Made by a program: the position numbers and the translations under genes. The notes under the pieces are model-generated. The model had not been told where the DNA came from. It saw only the letters and a list, made by a program, of their open reading frames with translations, and did no database searches. A stretch of DNA of 63,993 bases, counting the filler, from Asterionella formosa (lineage: Eukaryota): assembly GCA_002256025.1 (NCBI GenBank). It is 6 parts of 6 records of this genome, joined end to end, with 100 filler letters (N's around TTAATTAATTAA, not from the genome) between each part and the next. Parts side by side here need not be neighbours in the genome. Positions count along the whole stretch, not along the records: positions 43,127 to 53,770 come from NKIB01009283.1; positions 53,871 to 63,993 come from NKIB01009846.1; 4 more parts are not named here. One strand, 5' to 3'. This document shows, piece after piece, positions 49,601 to 62,300 of the stretch (the first letter of the stretch is position 1; each line of letters begins with the position of its first letter).

Positions 49601-51455
49601 ATGGCTTCGTTGTCACTTCCGGCTCCTCGACGAGCTGCTCCTTCTTCTTCTTCTGGAATCAGAACCAAAAATGCAACTGGCAGCTCTGCTATCCCATCTA
49701 CAGCGTCTGCTTCTTCTACATCTCATGCGCCATCCTATGAAGATCGGTGTCGTGCCGCATCGGAGGCGTCTCGTATGACTCCAGAGCAACGCAAGAAGTT
49801 GTTCCTGCCCCGGTCGTTAGCAGACTTTGATGACGGAGGTGCATTTCCAGAAATCCATGTGGCACAATATCCCCGACACATGGGAAATCCTCACTTGACT
49901 GCTGCTCGCACTACTACTTCTACTTCCATTGCCAACGTGGTTCGAGGAGCACAGCAAACCAATACTGCTTTAATTAGTGTAGAAATTGATAAAGATGGAG
50001 ATGTGAGCTACGATGCTTTGGTCAAATCTGGAACGAACGCCAACAGGATCGTGTATACGAAATTAGAGGACATGAGGGGTGGTGGGCCTTCATCATTAGA
50101 TGACATTGCGTTGCCAACTCAAGAAGAAGAACAAGCCACGACAGAACGAACAGCATTGGCGTTGCAGGCACTATTGGCTTCACATACGGCACTGTCCAAT
50201 CCCAGTGGATCGGCCATGGTCAATGCGGAGACATCCAAAAATATGGAAGCCAAGACACAATTTATCAAATATACACCGCGACCCGATGCACCTGGATACA
50301 ATCCCGCTGCTGCACAACGTGTCATTCAAATGGTCCCAGCACAAGTGGACCCCATGGTGCGTTTGGTTTTATATGTATTTTTTCTTATGAGATCGACACA
50401 TGCAAGTTCTATCTGTGTTGTACTTACAAACATCTACCTTGTTACATTATTAGATGCCACCCAAACACAAGCATATCAAGGCACCCGCTGGTCCTGCCGA
50501 AGATCCAGTTCCAGTCTTGCATGCACCACCGAAAAAACTAAGCAAAGAAGAACGAGACGCATGGGATGTTCCAGCCTGTATCTCCAATTGGAAAAATTCC
50601 CGTGGATATACCATTCCACTTGACAAACGATTGGCAGCTGATGGACGTGGCCTTAAGGAGCATTCTATCAATTCAAACTTTGCGACACTTTCAGAAAGTT
50701 TGTATGTCGCTGAAAAGCAAGCTCGACAAGAAGTTCGATTGAGAGCTCAAGTACAAAGTCAATTGGCCGCTCAAGAAAAAGAAGCACGAGAAGAAGAATT
50801 GCGACAGTTGGCCAAACAGGCAAGGATGGAACGAAGTGGTGGTGCTGCTGTTGTTGTTATGGAAACAAATAAAAACAACAAGAATATCAGCAATAATAAT
50901 AATAATAATAATATCCCTACCAAACTACCCATTCCATCAGATGAATCCGACAATGATACAAGTATTGACGAGGACGATAACGACGAGCAAGTTGCAGCTA
51001 AGCAACGGGAACGCTTACGGTTGGAACGTAAGAAGGAGCGTGTCAAGGAAGTGAGGCTCGAAAATAATATGCAAGCCAAAAAGGCTCGTATGGAGCAAGA
51101 GCGAGATGTGTCTGAAAAAATTGCCCTGGGTGTTCATACAGGGACTGGTGGTGGTGGTCAAGTTGATTCGAGATTGTACAATCAATCGGCAGGTATGGAT
51201 TCTGGATTTGGTGCTGAAGACGAATACAATACATACACCAAGCCCTTATTTGATCGAGAGGGAGTGTCGTCGTCCAGCATTTACCGGCCAACGCGAGGAG
51301 AGACGGAACATACTGCAGATGAACAGTATGACACGCTGTTGCAAGGGGCAACCAACAAGTTTCAACCCAACAAGGGCTTTGCTGGAGCAGGAAGTGGTGG
51401 TGGGTCTCGAAGTGCTCCAGTTCAATTTGAGAAGGACACAACCAAAACAGACTAA
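49601..51455 (+). CDS. SNW1: SNW-domain splicing factor SNW1/SKIP/Prp45; intron 50357-50453
   Basis: DFDDGGAFPEIHVAQYP, IKYTP, ISNWKN..GYTIPLDKRLAADGRG, ERDVSEKIALG. GTGCGT...TAG intron. Confidence 0.95.
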
Positions 51456-52341
51456 TAGTCAGCCATGGAACCCTCAATATAATATTCATTGTCACAATGA
51501 TGTGGTCATTTACTTTACTTTATGTTGACTTGGTACATTTTTGTTTCTTGTTTGTATGATATGTAAATTAAAGGGCATGAAAGCTCAACTTTCGTGTTGC
51601 TTTTACCTAGTTTTAATTCAGTACATCTGGGTTTGTTAAGAAGGATGGACGATTGTCGTCAGATGCCTGAACAAAGGGACAAGACGAACTAACGGTACCT
51701 TCACAGTGCAGCTATTTGTTGTATCTTTCCTTATTATTCACAAAACAGATCAGCCACCAACCGTGAATTGATTTGTTGAAAGCAATATACTTCTTGATCC
51801 CAAAAGAGTGGACAAGATTTCGAGAGTCGACAAAACTTTCAAGTAGAGATGAATTTTTGCGTCACCAAACTCGCCATGGGGCTCTCTTCCTTCTCACCAG
51901 TGGTGCCCTGGCTAGTCCGCTAGTCCTTGGCCGATTCCCGTTGTTGTGACAACTTCTGCTCCCATTGTGCCAGTGACCTCGACACCGACTCCGAGCTGTT
52001 GATTCCCACGCCGGCAATAATGCTGCTTTGCACCTCCAGGAACATTGAATCCTCCACCGATTCCTATCGACAATCCAGCGATGAGCCGTGTTTCTAGTTC
52101 TACTCCGGCACCAGTTCCTATTGTTGTTCCAAACCCAACTCCAGCGCCGATCGCTGTTGTTTCTACGCCGGTTCCGTTTCTGGTTGCTCCACCAGGAATA
52201 GACAGTCTACAAAACTTCGAACAGGTGTTATCAAAACTTTATTGTTTATTCCAGTTATGTGTATCTATCGCTTTTTTGTAATATGCAGACCCGACGGGCG
52301 GGCAATCTATTTTTGTTTATTCCAGTTGGCGCATTATCGCT

Positions 52342-53187
52342 TCATGTAATCTGCAGGCCATCTATTTTTGTTTCTTCCAGTTTGCGTTTAATCTCTTTAA
52401 TGATGAGCTGGTCAACAAGAATCAATAGCAGGAAGATAATTAAATAAACCACAATCGAATCATCCAACAAAGCAAAAACAGTACCGAGGACAGCACCAGC
52501 AATGATGTCTTCAGGATGATGCCAGTCATCACGAACTCGACTCCATGCAATATACAAGGCCAAAACGATGGGACTACAAGCCAGCCCATATAACGGCCCC
52601 TTTGGTAAAATTTGCGTCAGCGCAAAAAATACGCGCAGCATGGTTGTGAAGGAGAGACTGGCATGGCCCGATGGGAACGACATGAATGCATCCCACACTT
52701 GTTGTGGATCTGATTCTTTACATTTCTTAGTCTTTATATCAAAACCCAATCTTTGGTATATGTGAGGCCTGGGTCGAGCAAAGCGCACCTTGAGAACATC
52801 GGTGACGAACCAAGTCGAACCGATTGAACGAAATAGAGAACAAAGACTTGCATATTCATCACCCTTGGATCCATATTTTCGTCCAAACCAGACAAAGAAG
52901 ACAGTAGGAGCCATACCACAGAGAACAAACAACGCCCAATTTTTCACGCTCTCATCTTTGAATGGACGATTCAGTTCTGGTTTTTCATATCCATCTGATG
53001 TATCGATCGGAATGTCGGGAACCTTGCCTTGTCGAGCACGGATCACAACAATTTGGCGGAAAGTTAACAAAATCAAACAGAACAAGACGCTTGGAAGTAT
53101 CATGAAGAAAGAATAGAGTAAGAACGAGCCGCCGTCGACACATCTTTCATATTCGATTTCGAATGCTACCATGAGAAATGGTTTCAT
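52342..53187 (-). CDS. PAP2-family lipid phosphate phosphatase
   Basis: KVRFARPRP, SFPSGH and SRVRDDWHHPED motifs; multiple transmembrane helices. Confidence 0.88.
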   Translation of the reverse strand: MKPFLMVAFEIEYERCVDGGSFLLYSFFMILPSVLFCLILLTFRQIVVIRARQGKVPDIPIDTSDGYEKPELNRPFKDESVKNWALFVLCGMAPTVFFVWFGRKYGSKGDEYASLCSLFRSIGSTWFVTDVLKVRFARPRPHIYQRLGFDIKTKKCKESDPQQVWDAFMSFPSGHASLSFTTMLRVFFALTQILPKGPLYGLACSPIVLALYIAWSRVRDDWHHPEDIIAGAVLGTVFALLDDSIVVYLIIFLLLILVDQLIIKEIKRKLEETKIDGLQIT

Positions 53188-53424
53188 GTTTTCGAAGGCT
53201 GTAATGAGAAATGAGGTGTGATTGCATTTCTTGAGAATTATGTGATGATCGCGGAGTGATGTTCATGATAAAAATTGTAATTTACAATGAAGGCAGGAAT
53301 CAAAAAACCTACCGTATGTACCTACCGGTAGTCACATCGTAACTCCAACCCTATCCACATCTTGTATAAAGTGTACTATACTGTAGATGTAAACCGTTTG
53401 AACCGGACAAATCCATGTACGATT

Positions 53425-53748
53425 TCAAACATGCATTGAGTATTTAGAATTTGTTGCTTTTTTCGATTTCAGGTATGGCATATGAACGGATTCTGGATTC
53501 CGTCCTGTGGTACACTCGTGTGTAGAATTCATTGTATGTAGCCTGTTCATATCTCAGCCGAAGTGTCGGGTAAAACTGAAATGCAACTCATACATGCATT
53601 GAGTATTTAGAATTTGTTGCCATTTCTCGACATCAGGAATGGCATACGAACGGATTCTGGATTCCGTCCTGTGTTTCACTCGTGTGTAACATTCATTGTA
53701 TATACTGGTAGCCTGTTCATATCTCACCCGAAGTGAAATGCAACTCAT
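53425..53748. repeat. Two tandem ~165-bp units of a dispersed repeat
   Basis: ACATGCATTGAGTATTTAGAATTTGTTGC at ~53429 and ~53592; homolog at 33550-33710. Confidence 0.85.
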
Positions 53749-54106
53749 ACCAGGTACGGAGTACCTGGTANNNNNNNNNNNNNNNNNNNNNNNNNNNNNN
53801 NNNNNNNNNNNNNNTTAATTAATTAANNNNNNNNNNNNNNNNNNNNNNNNNNNNNNNNNNNNNNNNNNNNCTTGTCTGTAGAATTCAACGACAAAAGTTG
53901 TCCAGAAATTATTCTGGCATCAGGACTCAAGAATTACAATGATGACGACGAGAAGAAAAGAAAGGCGTTTCACAACAAGCACGTGCGACACAACAAAAAG
54001 ACACTCTTCCCTCAAACAAGAACCAAATCAACAAATCTCGTCAACACAAAATAATAACTTGTTCAATTCCTTGCGGAGTACAACCAAATCAACGAACAAA
54101 TCAAAC

Positions 54107-57100
54107 ATGGCGAGTATCTTCCATTATCATGATGCTCCAATTGTGTCTGACCATGCCGTACGATTTGTGCACAATAGAAATGGATTCTGTCCTCATCACG
54201 GCGACATTCAGCTTCGCGAAAAGAGTAGGTTAGGAGTTTGGGAGACTTTGCAAGAGAGCTGCCCCAGATGCGATCATGAACATGGGAATACCCAAGGGCT
54301 TACTGCTCCAACGATTCCAGTGCCTCAGCAGCCTCCTTTGCCAGCAACACAATCTCAACATTCAACCCAAATTCAAACCACGTCAATTTCATCTCCGATT
54401 GCTGCAATTATCACGGAGATGCAAAGGAATGAGCGAAATGCTGACATTCAAGAAGACTGTCTCTGCAGCCTTGCAAACTTGGCTTTCAATGACAACAACC
54501 AGGTGACAATTGTTGAATCTGGAGATATCACTACGATTCTGTCTGCCATGAAGAATCATTCATCCATTGCAAATGTTCAACAAAATGGTTGTGGAGCCCT
54601 TCAGAACTTGGCTGGGAATAATGAAAACAACCAGGTGACGATTGCTGAAGCAGGAGGTATCACTACGATTCTGTCTGCGATGAAGACTCATTCATCCAAT
54701 GCTACTGTACAATACTTTGGTTGTGGAGCACTTCAGAACTTGGCTGTGAATGAAAACAACAGGGTGACCATTGCTGAAGCAGGAGGTATAACTACGATTC
54801 TGTCTGCCATGAACACTCACTTATCCAATGTAGATGTGCAAGACTTTGGTTGTGGGGCACTTAAAACATTGGCTGGGAATAATGAAAACAACAAGGTGAC
54901 AATTGCTGAAGCTGGAGGTATCACTATGATTCTGTCTGCGATGAAGAATCACTCATCCAATGCTCATATTCAATACTATGGTTGTGGAGCACTTAGTAGC
55001 TTGTCTGTGAATGGAAACAACAGAGTGAAAATTTCTGAAGAAAAAGGAATCACTACGATTCTGTTTGCAATGATGATTCATTCATCCAGTGCTGATGTTC
55101 AACAAAATGGTTGTGGGGCACTTCAGAACTTGGCTGAGAATAATGACAACAACAAGGTGACGATTGCTAAAGCAGGCGGCATCACTACGATTCTTTCTAC
55201 GATGAAGACTCATTCATCTATTGCAAATGTTCAACAAAATGGTTGTGGAGTACTTCAGAACTTGGCTGAGAACAATGACAATAACAAGGTGACGATTGCC
55301 GAAGCTGGAGGCATCACTATGATTCTGTCTGCCATGAAGAATCATTCATCCAATCCTATGATACAACAATTTGGTTCTGCAGCAATTCAGAACTTGGCTG
55401 GGAATAATGACAACAACAAGGTGACGATTGCTGAAGCAGGAGGTATCACTACAATTCTATCTGCAATGAAGAATCATTCATTCATTGCAAATGTTCAACA
55501 AAACGGTTGTGGAGCACTTCAGAATTTGGCTGAGAATAATGACAACAACAAGGTGATGATTTCTGAAGCAGGTGGTATAACTACGATTCTATCTGCGATG
55601 AAGACTCATTCTTCAAAAGCTAATGTACAACACTTTGGTTGTGGAGCACTTCAGAACTTGGCTATGAATGAAAACAACAGGGAAACGATTACTGAAGCAG
55701 GTGGTATCACTACAATTCTCTCTGCGATGAAGACTCATTTATACAATGCAGATGTGCAAGACTTTGGTTGTGGGGCACTTAATAACTTGGCTGAAAATAA
55801 TGACAACAACCAGGTGACGATTGCTGAAGCAGGAGGTATCACAACGATTATTTCTGCGATGAAGACTCATTCATCCAAGGATAACTCAATTGGTGCCAAT
55901 CTAATAAATGAAATTCAAAGACTTGTTGATGCAAAGAAGGCCCATGAACAATCAGCCATCACAAGTCAGCCAAACTCAACAACAAAAACAACAATAAAAG
56001 TAACAGCAACAGCAACAGCATCAAATACAAATACAATGGGTCTCTCTTACCCAACAACTCCAACACCAAGCGGTAGCAGTTCCACTGATCCCATTTCCAT
56101 AGGCCGGTCGAAAATGAAGGCAGTTATGGACAATGTGAATTCTATACCAATTGAGCTTCCTGTAGAATTCATTAATAGTTGTACAAACAACTTTGATGAA
56201 GCCTTGAAACTAGGTGAAGGAGCTTTTGGTGCTGTCTACAAAGGCAAGTTTGACAATCGGTATTTTGCTGTTAAATGTCTTCTTTTCAATGTTGCTGTTA
56301 AGAAAGATAAGTTACAGGAAATCAGCAAGAGTTTTAAAATTGAATTGGAGGTGAGCTCATATGTAGTATCAAATATTGCATCATGTCTTGACAAGACTTT
56401 ATGTTTCTCATTCTTCTCTTTTACTGTTTCAGGCATTAAAGAGGTTCCGACACCCCCATATTGTATCTTTGTATGGCTATTATTTGTCCTCTGATACGCC
56501 TGCTCAATACCTGGTGTATGAGTTTGCATCCAAGGGTTCTCTTGATAAATTTTATACGAGTGAACGAAGCAGAGCAAGCCTCTCGAGTGAGATCCGACTT
56601 CGAATCATGTTTGACATTATTCGTGCCATCCACTGCCTCCATACTGAGAAAAGTGACAACTTCATTCTGTTTCATCGCGACATCAAGTCGGCTAATATCT
56701 GCCTTCAACAGAACTATACTGCCAAACTGATTGATTGTGGCTTAGCCAAGTTTGTGTCTTTGGATGATTCCGTTTCAAAGAGTACAATTCCTTTTTCAGT
56801 TCGGAACACATCCCGTGGTGGAGTCTTTGGGACGCTTGGCTACATATGTCCATGGTATTCTCGTGGACGCAAGACATTTGAAGCATCCTGCGATGTTTAC
56901 TCATTTGGCATGGTCATGGTTGAGCTTGTGACAGGCTGCCTCCAATATGGGAAGTTAGGAGATTTCTATGATCGCTACATTGAAAAGTTTGATGCTGTAT
57001 TTTTGGAGGAGGCAATTCCAAAATTGGTGGAGGATGCTGATCCTCTTGCAGATGAATGGGATGATGGAATTTTGTCTTCTGTGTGCTCATTAGCCATTCG

Positions 57101-57215
57101 TTGCATTCAGTACCAGCGCACAAAGAGGCCAAAGACTATTGAATTGGTGGAAGAAATGGGTCGACTTGTAAGTCAAACATCTCCTATTGATGAAAGTCCC
57201 GAAGAAAACTTTTGA
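54107..57215 (+). CDS. Cys/His-motif, ~11 armadillo repeats and IRAK/Pelle-like (TKL) protein kinase; intron 56351-56432
   Basis: N-terminal CPHH..IQLR.K...G.W......CPRC; 43/44-aa ARM repeats; LGEGAFGAVYKG, AVK, HRDIKSANI, DCGLAK, GTLGY, DVYSFG. GTGAGC...CAG intron is in frame. An upstream in-frame ATG at 53939 is possible. Confidence 0.85.
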
Positions 57216-57800
57216 AAACCTGAAACAATGTGTTTCTATGATCGCTACATTGAAGAGTGCGAAGGGTCCTCATTGGAAGAGGATGCTGATCCTCTTGCAG
57301 ATGAATGGGATGATGGAATTCTGTCCTCTGTGCGCTCATTAGCCATTCGTCGTATCAGAATAAGCGCTGAAGAGGCCAAAGACTAGTGAATTGGTTGAAG
57401 AAATGGGTCGACTTGTAAGTCAAACATATCATATTGCTGGAAGCGTGGAAAAACCGGAACAGCAAGCTTGAATGAAAGCACTGAATAATGTTTCTTGTAC
57501 GCCAAATTTTCTTCTTATGTTTCCATTTGCAAAGATCATTTCACATGCAAACATTGTTTTGAGAATCATGTTCATAAGCTTCTTGGTGAGATGACCATTC
57601 GGTGCCCAGTCATTGGTTGTGACAGGCTATTTTCTAATGAGGACATGAAAAAAAGCCAAATCTTGCCCAGCAATCTGTATAGACTTCAATTGAAAGGAAC
57701 TTTATCAGTACCAACAAGAGATTCTGAAGAAGATCTCTCATCAAGAGTCACAAACGATAAAAGCCCTTGCTAGTCTTACTGCTGGAGTAGAGGCAAAATG
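57216..57800 (+). pseudogene. Degenerate duplicate of the kinase C-terminus followed by a RING-like relic
   Basis: 57232-57430 repeats 56963-57185 (FYDRYIE...DADPLADEWDDGILSSV) with a frameshift; then CKDHFTCKHC...RCPVIGC. Confidence 0.65.
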
Positions 57801-58469
57801 TCTTATAAATGTCTATATGGGTAAAGGAGTTGAAAATGTATTTAAAGAAATGTAATTGTTTCTTGTTTCCTCTCTGCCTGTTGAATGTCAGCCATTTCAT
57901 ATATGTTGTTTCATGGGAATTTGAAGTTCCAAAGCTATAACATGATCACTTTGTTCCCAACGCAATATTTATTGTTTTTGGGGATACTAGTAGTCGACAC
58001 TTTGAATTTGCAATACATTTTTGGAATTGAGAAGTTTGAGTGGGAGCACATTTTTCTTTTGACCATGCCATGAATGTTTGTCGACATAAATTAGAATTAG
58101 TAATGAAACCTCCGGTGACATTTTGATGAATGAAGCAAGTAGCCTGCCTATAAATAGTAGCACAGTCTACCATAGCTGCATTTGGAGACAAGAAAGGGAT
58201 TATATTGGCAATCACAGGCTCTGAGTCTGCGCTGTTGACCACAATCTATTCACCCTCTTAGAATCACGATGAACTGCATGAGCAAATATTGATAGTATGA
58301 TGGACTGAGGGCGTTGACAGCCTACTTCTAGTGGACATCTGAACAGCAGCAACACAACCTGATAAAAACGTGACATGTGCATACTTCAAACCTGATATGT
58401 AAAAATTCAATCGATAAAGAAGCAGTTGATCAATCAAAACATTTTTCGATAAAACAAAGTTAAGCTTAA

Positions 58470-59359
58470 GGTTCCTGCATTTCAACCCTAAGGCAAAAGT
58501 TTCAATATTGAAAGTTTCAATATTGCTTAGGGTTGCCGAAATTCCCTGGAACTAAGAATTTTTATGAGTTATTTTTGAATGACATGATTCCATTTGAAAT
58601 ATTCAAATCAGTGGAAATTTGCGCGTACGTACATAGATTCCTTTTCGAATACACTAAATATATAAATAAACATTCTATATTGCTCGATGTATGTATAGTA
58701 ACCTAGACTGGTAATACGATCAACATATATGTGGCATACAAGCTGGCAGCATCCTGGCAAATATTGTTGATGACTACCGGTAAGAAACAAATAATTGCAA
58801 CAATCCACCATGGGCGAAATTACACATCACAATGATGACAACGACAATGACGAAATTAACTACAGTCATGACAGTTGTCCTACCTGTCAAGACCGGTTTA
58901 TTGTAGAGTTGGCTGTGGAGGGATGTGAGGATTGCATCTTCTGCGAATACTGCGATTTTGGTTGCCCGGAATGACAGTGCCGATGGGATGAAATCGAAGA
59001 GTTGGTGGAAAAGTTCTTGGAAGGTGAATCCTTTTTCAGCTGAGTGAAGGATGAAGACATAAGGGCATCAAGAGCCCGCAATCATCTATACCAGTTTTTA
59101 ATCAGAGTTTTCTGTGGTCTATTAGGAAAATGTGTTCGGATGCAAATTCCTGACTGTTGTTTGAAGGGGGTTCGATCCCTTTTGAAGAACAAGGACACAA
59201 ACGAAGAGTACACTGGCTTCAAACCTGTTTCTAAACGCTCTAAATCTAGTAGTAATAAGTTTTTTCACTATTTCCATTCATTTCAATATATTTATCACTT
59301 CAATGCATCTACGTATGTCGTTTCAAAATCCTTTAGAAGCAAGTGAGGTGGCATGTATT
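58470..59359 (+). mobile_element. Kolobok-like element, interrupted by a Copia insertion
   Basis: TTAA|GGTTCCTGCATT terminus homologous to 11290-11447; contains the KolX-like ORF. Confidence 0.7.
58810..59250 (+). pseudogene. KolX / P2X7-ballast-like Cys-rich protein with two in-frame TGA stops
   Basis: One frame: MGEI...CPTC...CEDC..CEYC...C..*.C.W...*...RARNHLYQFLIRVFCGLLGKCVRMQIPDCCLKGVRSLL.......YTGFK. Confidence 0.7.
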
Positions 59360-62300
59360 TGTTGTGAATCACCTCTTTACATGACGTGTCAGTATATGTC
59401 TGTGTCTGTTTGTCTGACAGTACCTATGCATAAATCATCGTTCTTCTATATCAACTTAATCTAATCACTCTTTTAACAAACACACCTTCCAATCTCCTTT
59501 TGAGCTTGTCAGGTTAGTTATCGGACTCCCCTCCTCTATCGTCTCCTCGTTCATCGACCTCGTCGATCTCTCTCGTCCCCTCTTTCACTGCAGGTTATGA
59601 GCCCAAGCTGTTTCCTTGAAAGAAACGAAATTGTTGATTTTTAATTCGATCTCACTGTCGGCGCCGATCGAAAAATCTCGTTCGCTTTCGATTGTTTTCG
59701 CATCATTCATTTGGCTGCTACATCTGTCTATCTATATAGTACACTACACAGCAGAAGTAGACAAGTGTATTGAGTAATCTTTATCAAAAGAGTGCTATTT
59801 GGCATTCAAAGGTTGCCTGCTTTTCATTCTCAACACATCGTCAACGGCGTTTTTCTTTTTCGTCGTGAATCGTTTTCATATCTTCACACTATTTTGGCTA
59901 CGAAAATACTCTACTGTAAACGATCATCTGTGCACGAGTGTTTCATAAGTACTGTTTACTGGTACCAGTTACCACAACACACTACTCCGGTAGTTCGTTC
60001 TCGTTGAGTCAGATCTTCCGCTACGGAATTATTACACTACGTGGTGATCGTCGTTCGTAATCGCAAACCTACGCACTACTTTGTTGCACTATTGATCTAC
60101 AGTACATCGATAGTTGCCGGCTACGGGGTTTATCTAACTGGGTGTCGTGCGGTTCACTTGTGAACCAGAAGCACCAAGGACAATCATCGTACTTGCTTTT
60201 TCGTTTTTCGTTTCGTCACTGTTATTGCTACAGCGAAATTGTGATACGAAAATCAATCATTTCACTGTGACTGGCATCCTTGGTATCTGGATAGACCATC
60301 CACGTTCATTGATACATATTAGGGCGGGGCGGACAAATATATTGAGCAAGTTATCACTTGTGTTTTCGTCGACCATACAAACCTACGTAGTGCAATCTAC
60401 TTCATTGTACAACCGAATCGCTGATCGTCCCATCCACAGCACCATTCACGTACAGTAAGCATACCAAGCTTCCGTACAGTACATCGGCTACCTGTTACAT
60501 ACTCCGTACCAGCTTTCAGGTACATATTCCGCCGTACCAGCTGTACTGGTACTCGAGACTTCCTCAAGTACTCTGAAGCTCCGAAGTATCAGAGTACCTA
60601 TTATATACTCCATACCAGGGACGTGGTACTGATTACTAGCTGTACTCCGAGTCCCAGGTGATACCATTGCAGAAGCATTGATAGGTGGAAGTGACGAATC
60701 ATAGTCTCTACACATTCTTTTTTGGTTTACTCTTCTTATCAGGATGTCGTCTTGACAATCAATATACACCCAAACTATGAGCGACCATGACCGTGCTACC
60801 CAACGTGCTCGTACAACACGAACAACAACACCACCATCTGCACTCCCTGAGCACCCCCGACGTTCCACACGCCTTCATGGTACTTACCAACGTATCGCAG
60901 ACGTTTCTCCTACCAGCCGACCGCATCTTTTCCGTGGTTCGGATCGCCAGCTGGCATCTTTACTTGAGACACTTGGAACCCCTTCTACAACATCACGTGT
61001 CCACTCAGCTACTCCTACTAATCCTACTATGCGTAAAGTCGTACCTTACCCCACGACAATCAGCATACAATCTGACCAGCTTCATGATCACATCACGACA
61101 CGTGGTACGTCTCTTGAAGAACGATTCAATACTGCCCCCCACAGTCGAGTCTCTATGACTCGAAACATACCTTTGGACACCCGCTCTACTTATAGTGGCC
61201 AACAGTATGATACTCTTACAGACGGGAATACTGTTGATACTCGTACATCTGTTCTTCTACCCTCTTCCCCTACTCCCACGTTACCTGCGGAGCTACTCAA
61301 TAACATTGAATCCTGCATACAGTCTTACGTAAAGGAACGGTTGAATTTAAATACAATAACGCACGACGACCGTTATTCTATGCACCCTGTGGAAAAATAC
61401 CATGTCCGCCGAGGTATGCAGCCACCACTTCAGTCCTCTACACTTCGTCCTTCTTTGTCACACCAGCATCACCAGTCATACAACAATAATGATCCTGATC
61501 CAGGTGATGATCAACCAGAATCCACCTCATCTGACCAGTCTCATTCCAACAGTGAAGCTGACCCTCCATTTAATGATTATCTTGCTGCCTACAATGCAGA
61601 TAATCCATTCTTCCCAAGATTCCGCCCCATTCCAGCTACAGAAGAAGAACTCACAAACTATCTCAGAAATCTCCGCATCCGCTCCTTGCATTGTAATTCT
61701 AATGCTCCTGAAGTTGCCTGGTTCCAAAGTTCAACCACTACTCTTCTTGGTCCCTATGGTGGTCAATATGCCCAAATTAGTAAAACATTCACAAAACTTG
61801 TTACACTTGATTCCGCACACTTCTTTGCATGGTATAATACACTTCGCGCAACCTTCAATTCCACAGGATTTCACATGGATTTGCTCCCAAAAGTCATTGA
61901 CATGGTCTATGATGCTGATCTCCGAGATTCTCCAATTGATGGTGAGCTTCTTGAAGGAATGCGGATCAAATTTGGTCCCAAACTTGGTATAACAGCGACT
62001 CCTCAGTATTTTCAAGGTAAACATTGTCGATTTAGCAACATTCTCTATTCTGCTCTCAACCATGGCGACATACTTCCACTTCACCAGGGTGATCAAGCTA
62101 AGGACATAATTGAGAAATATAGCCCAACTGGAGATGGATTTGGTGTGCTTCAAGATTTTTTACTCTTATTTCACCCTGGTCTGAGAGATAATCAAGCCCC
62201 TACTTTCCCTGATCATACAGCAAAGGCGCCTCAATACACGCTTACTGGAAATCAGACCACAATGGATGGTTTCACTCGTTACAATACGTGATGGCTCGCA

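Noticed and set aside
36507..51455. Cluster of RNA-processing genes (PUS1, NHP2, KAE1, SNW1)
   Set aside because: Split over two unlinked scaffolds; ordinary housekeeping neighbours.
51900..52200. Gly-rich (minus) or Pro-rich (plus) reading frame downstream of the PAP2 gene
   Set aside because: No clear start, splice structure or recognisable domain.
10703..53870. Regular ~10.7-kb periodicity of TTAATTAATTAA
   Set aside because: Synthetic linker between similarly sized, roughly size-sorted scaffolds; not biological.
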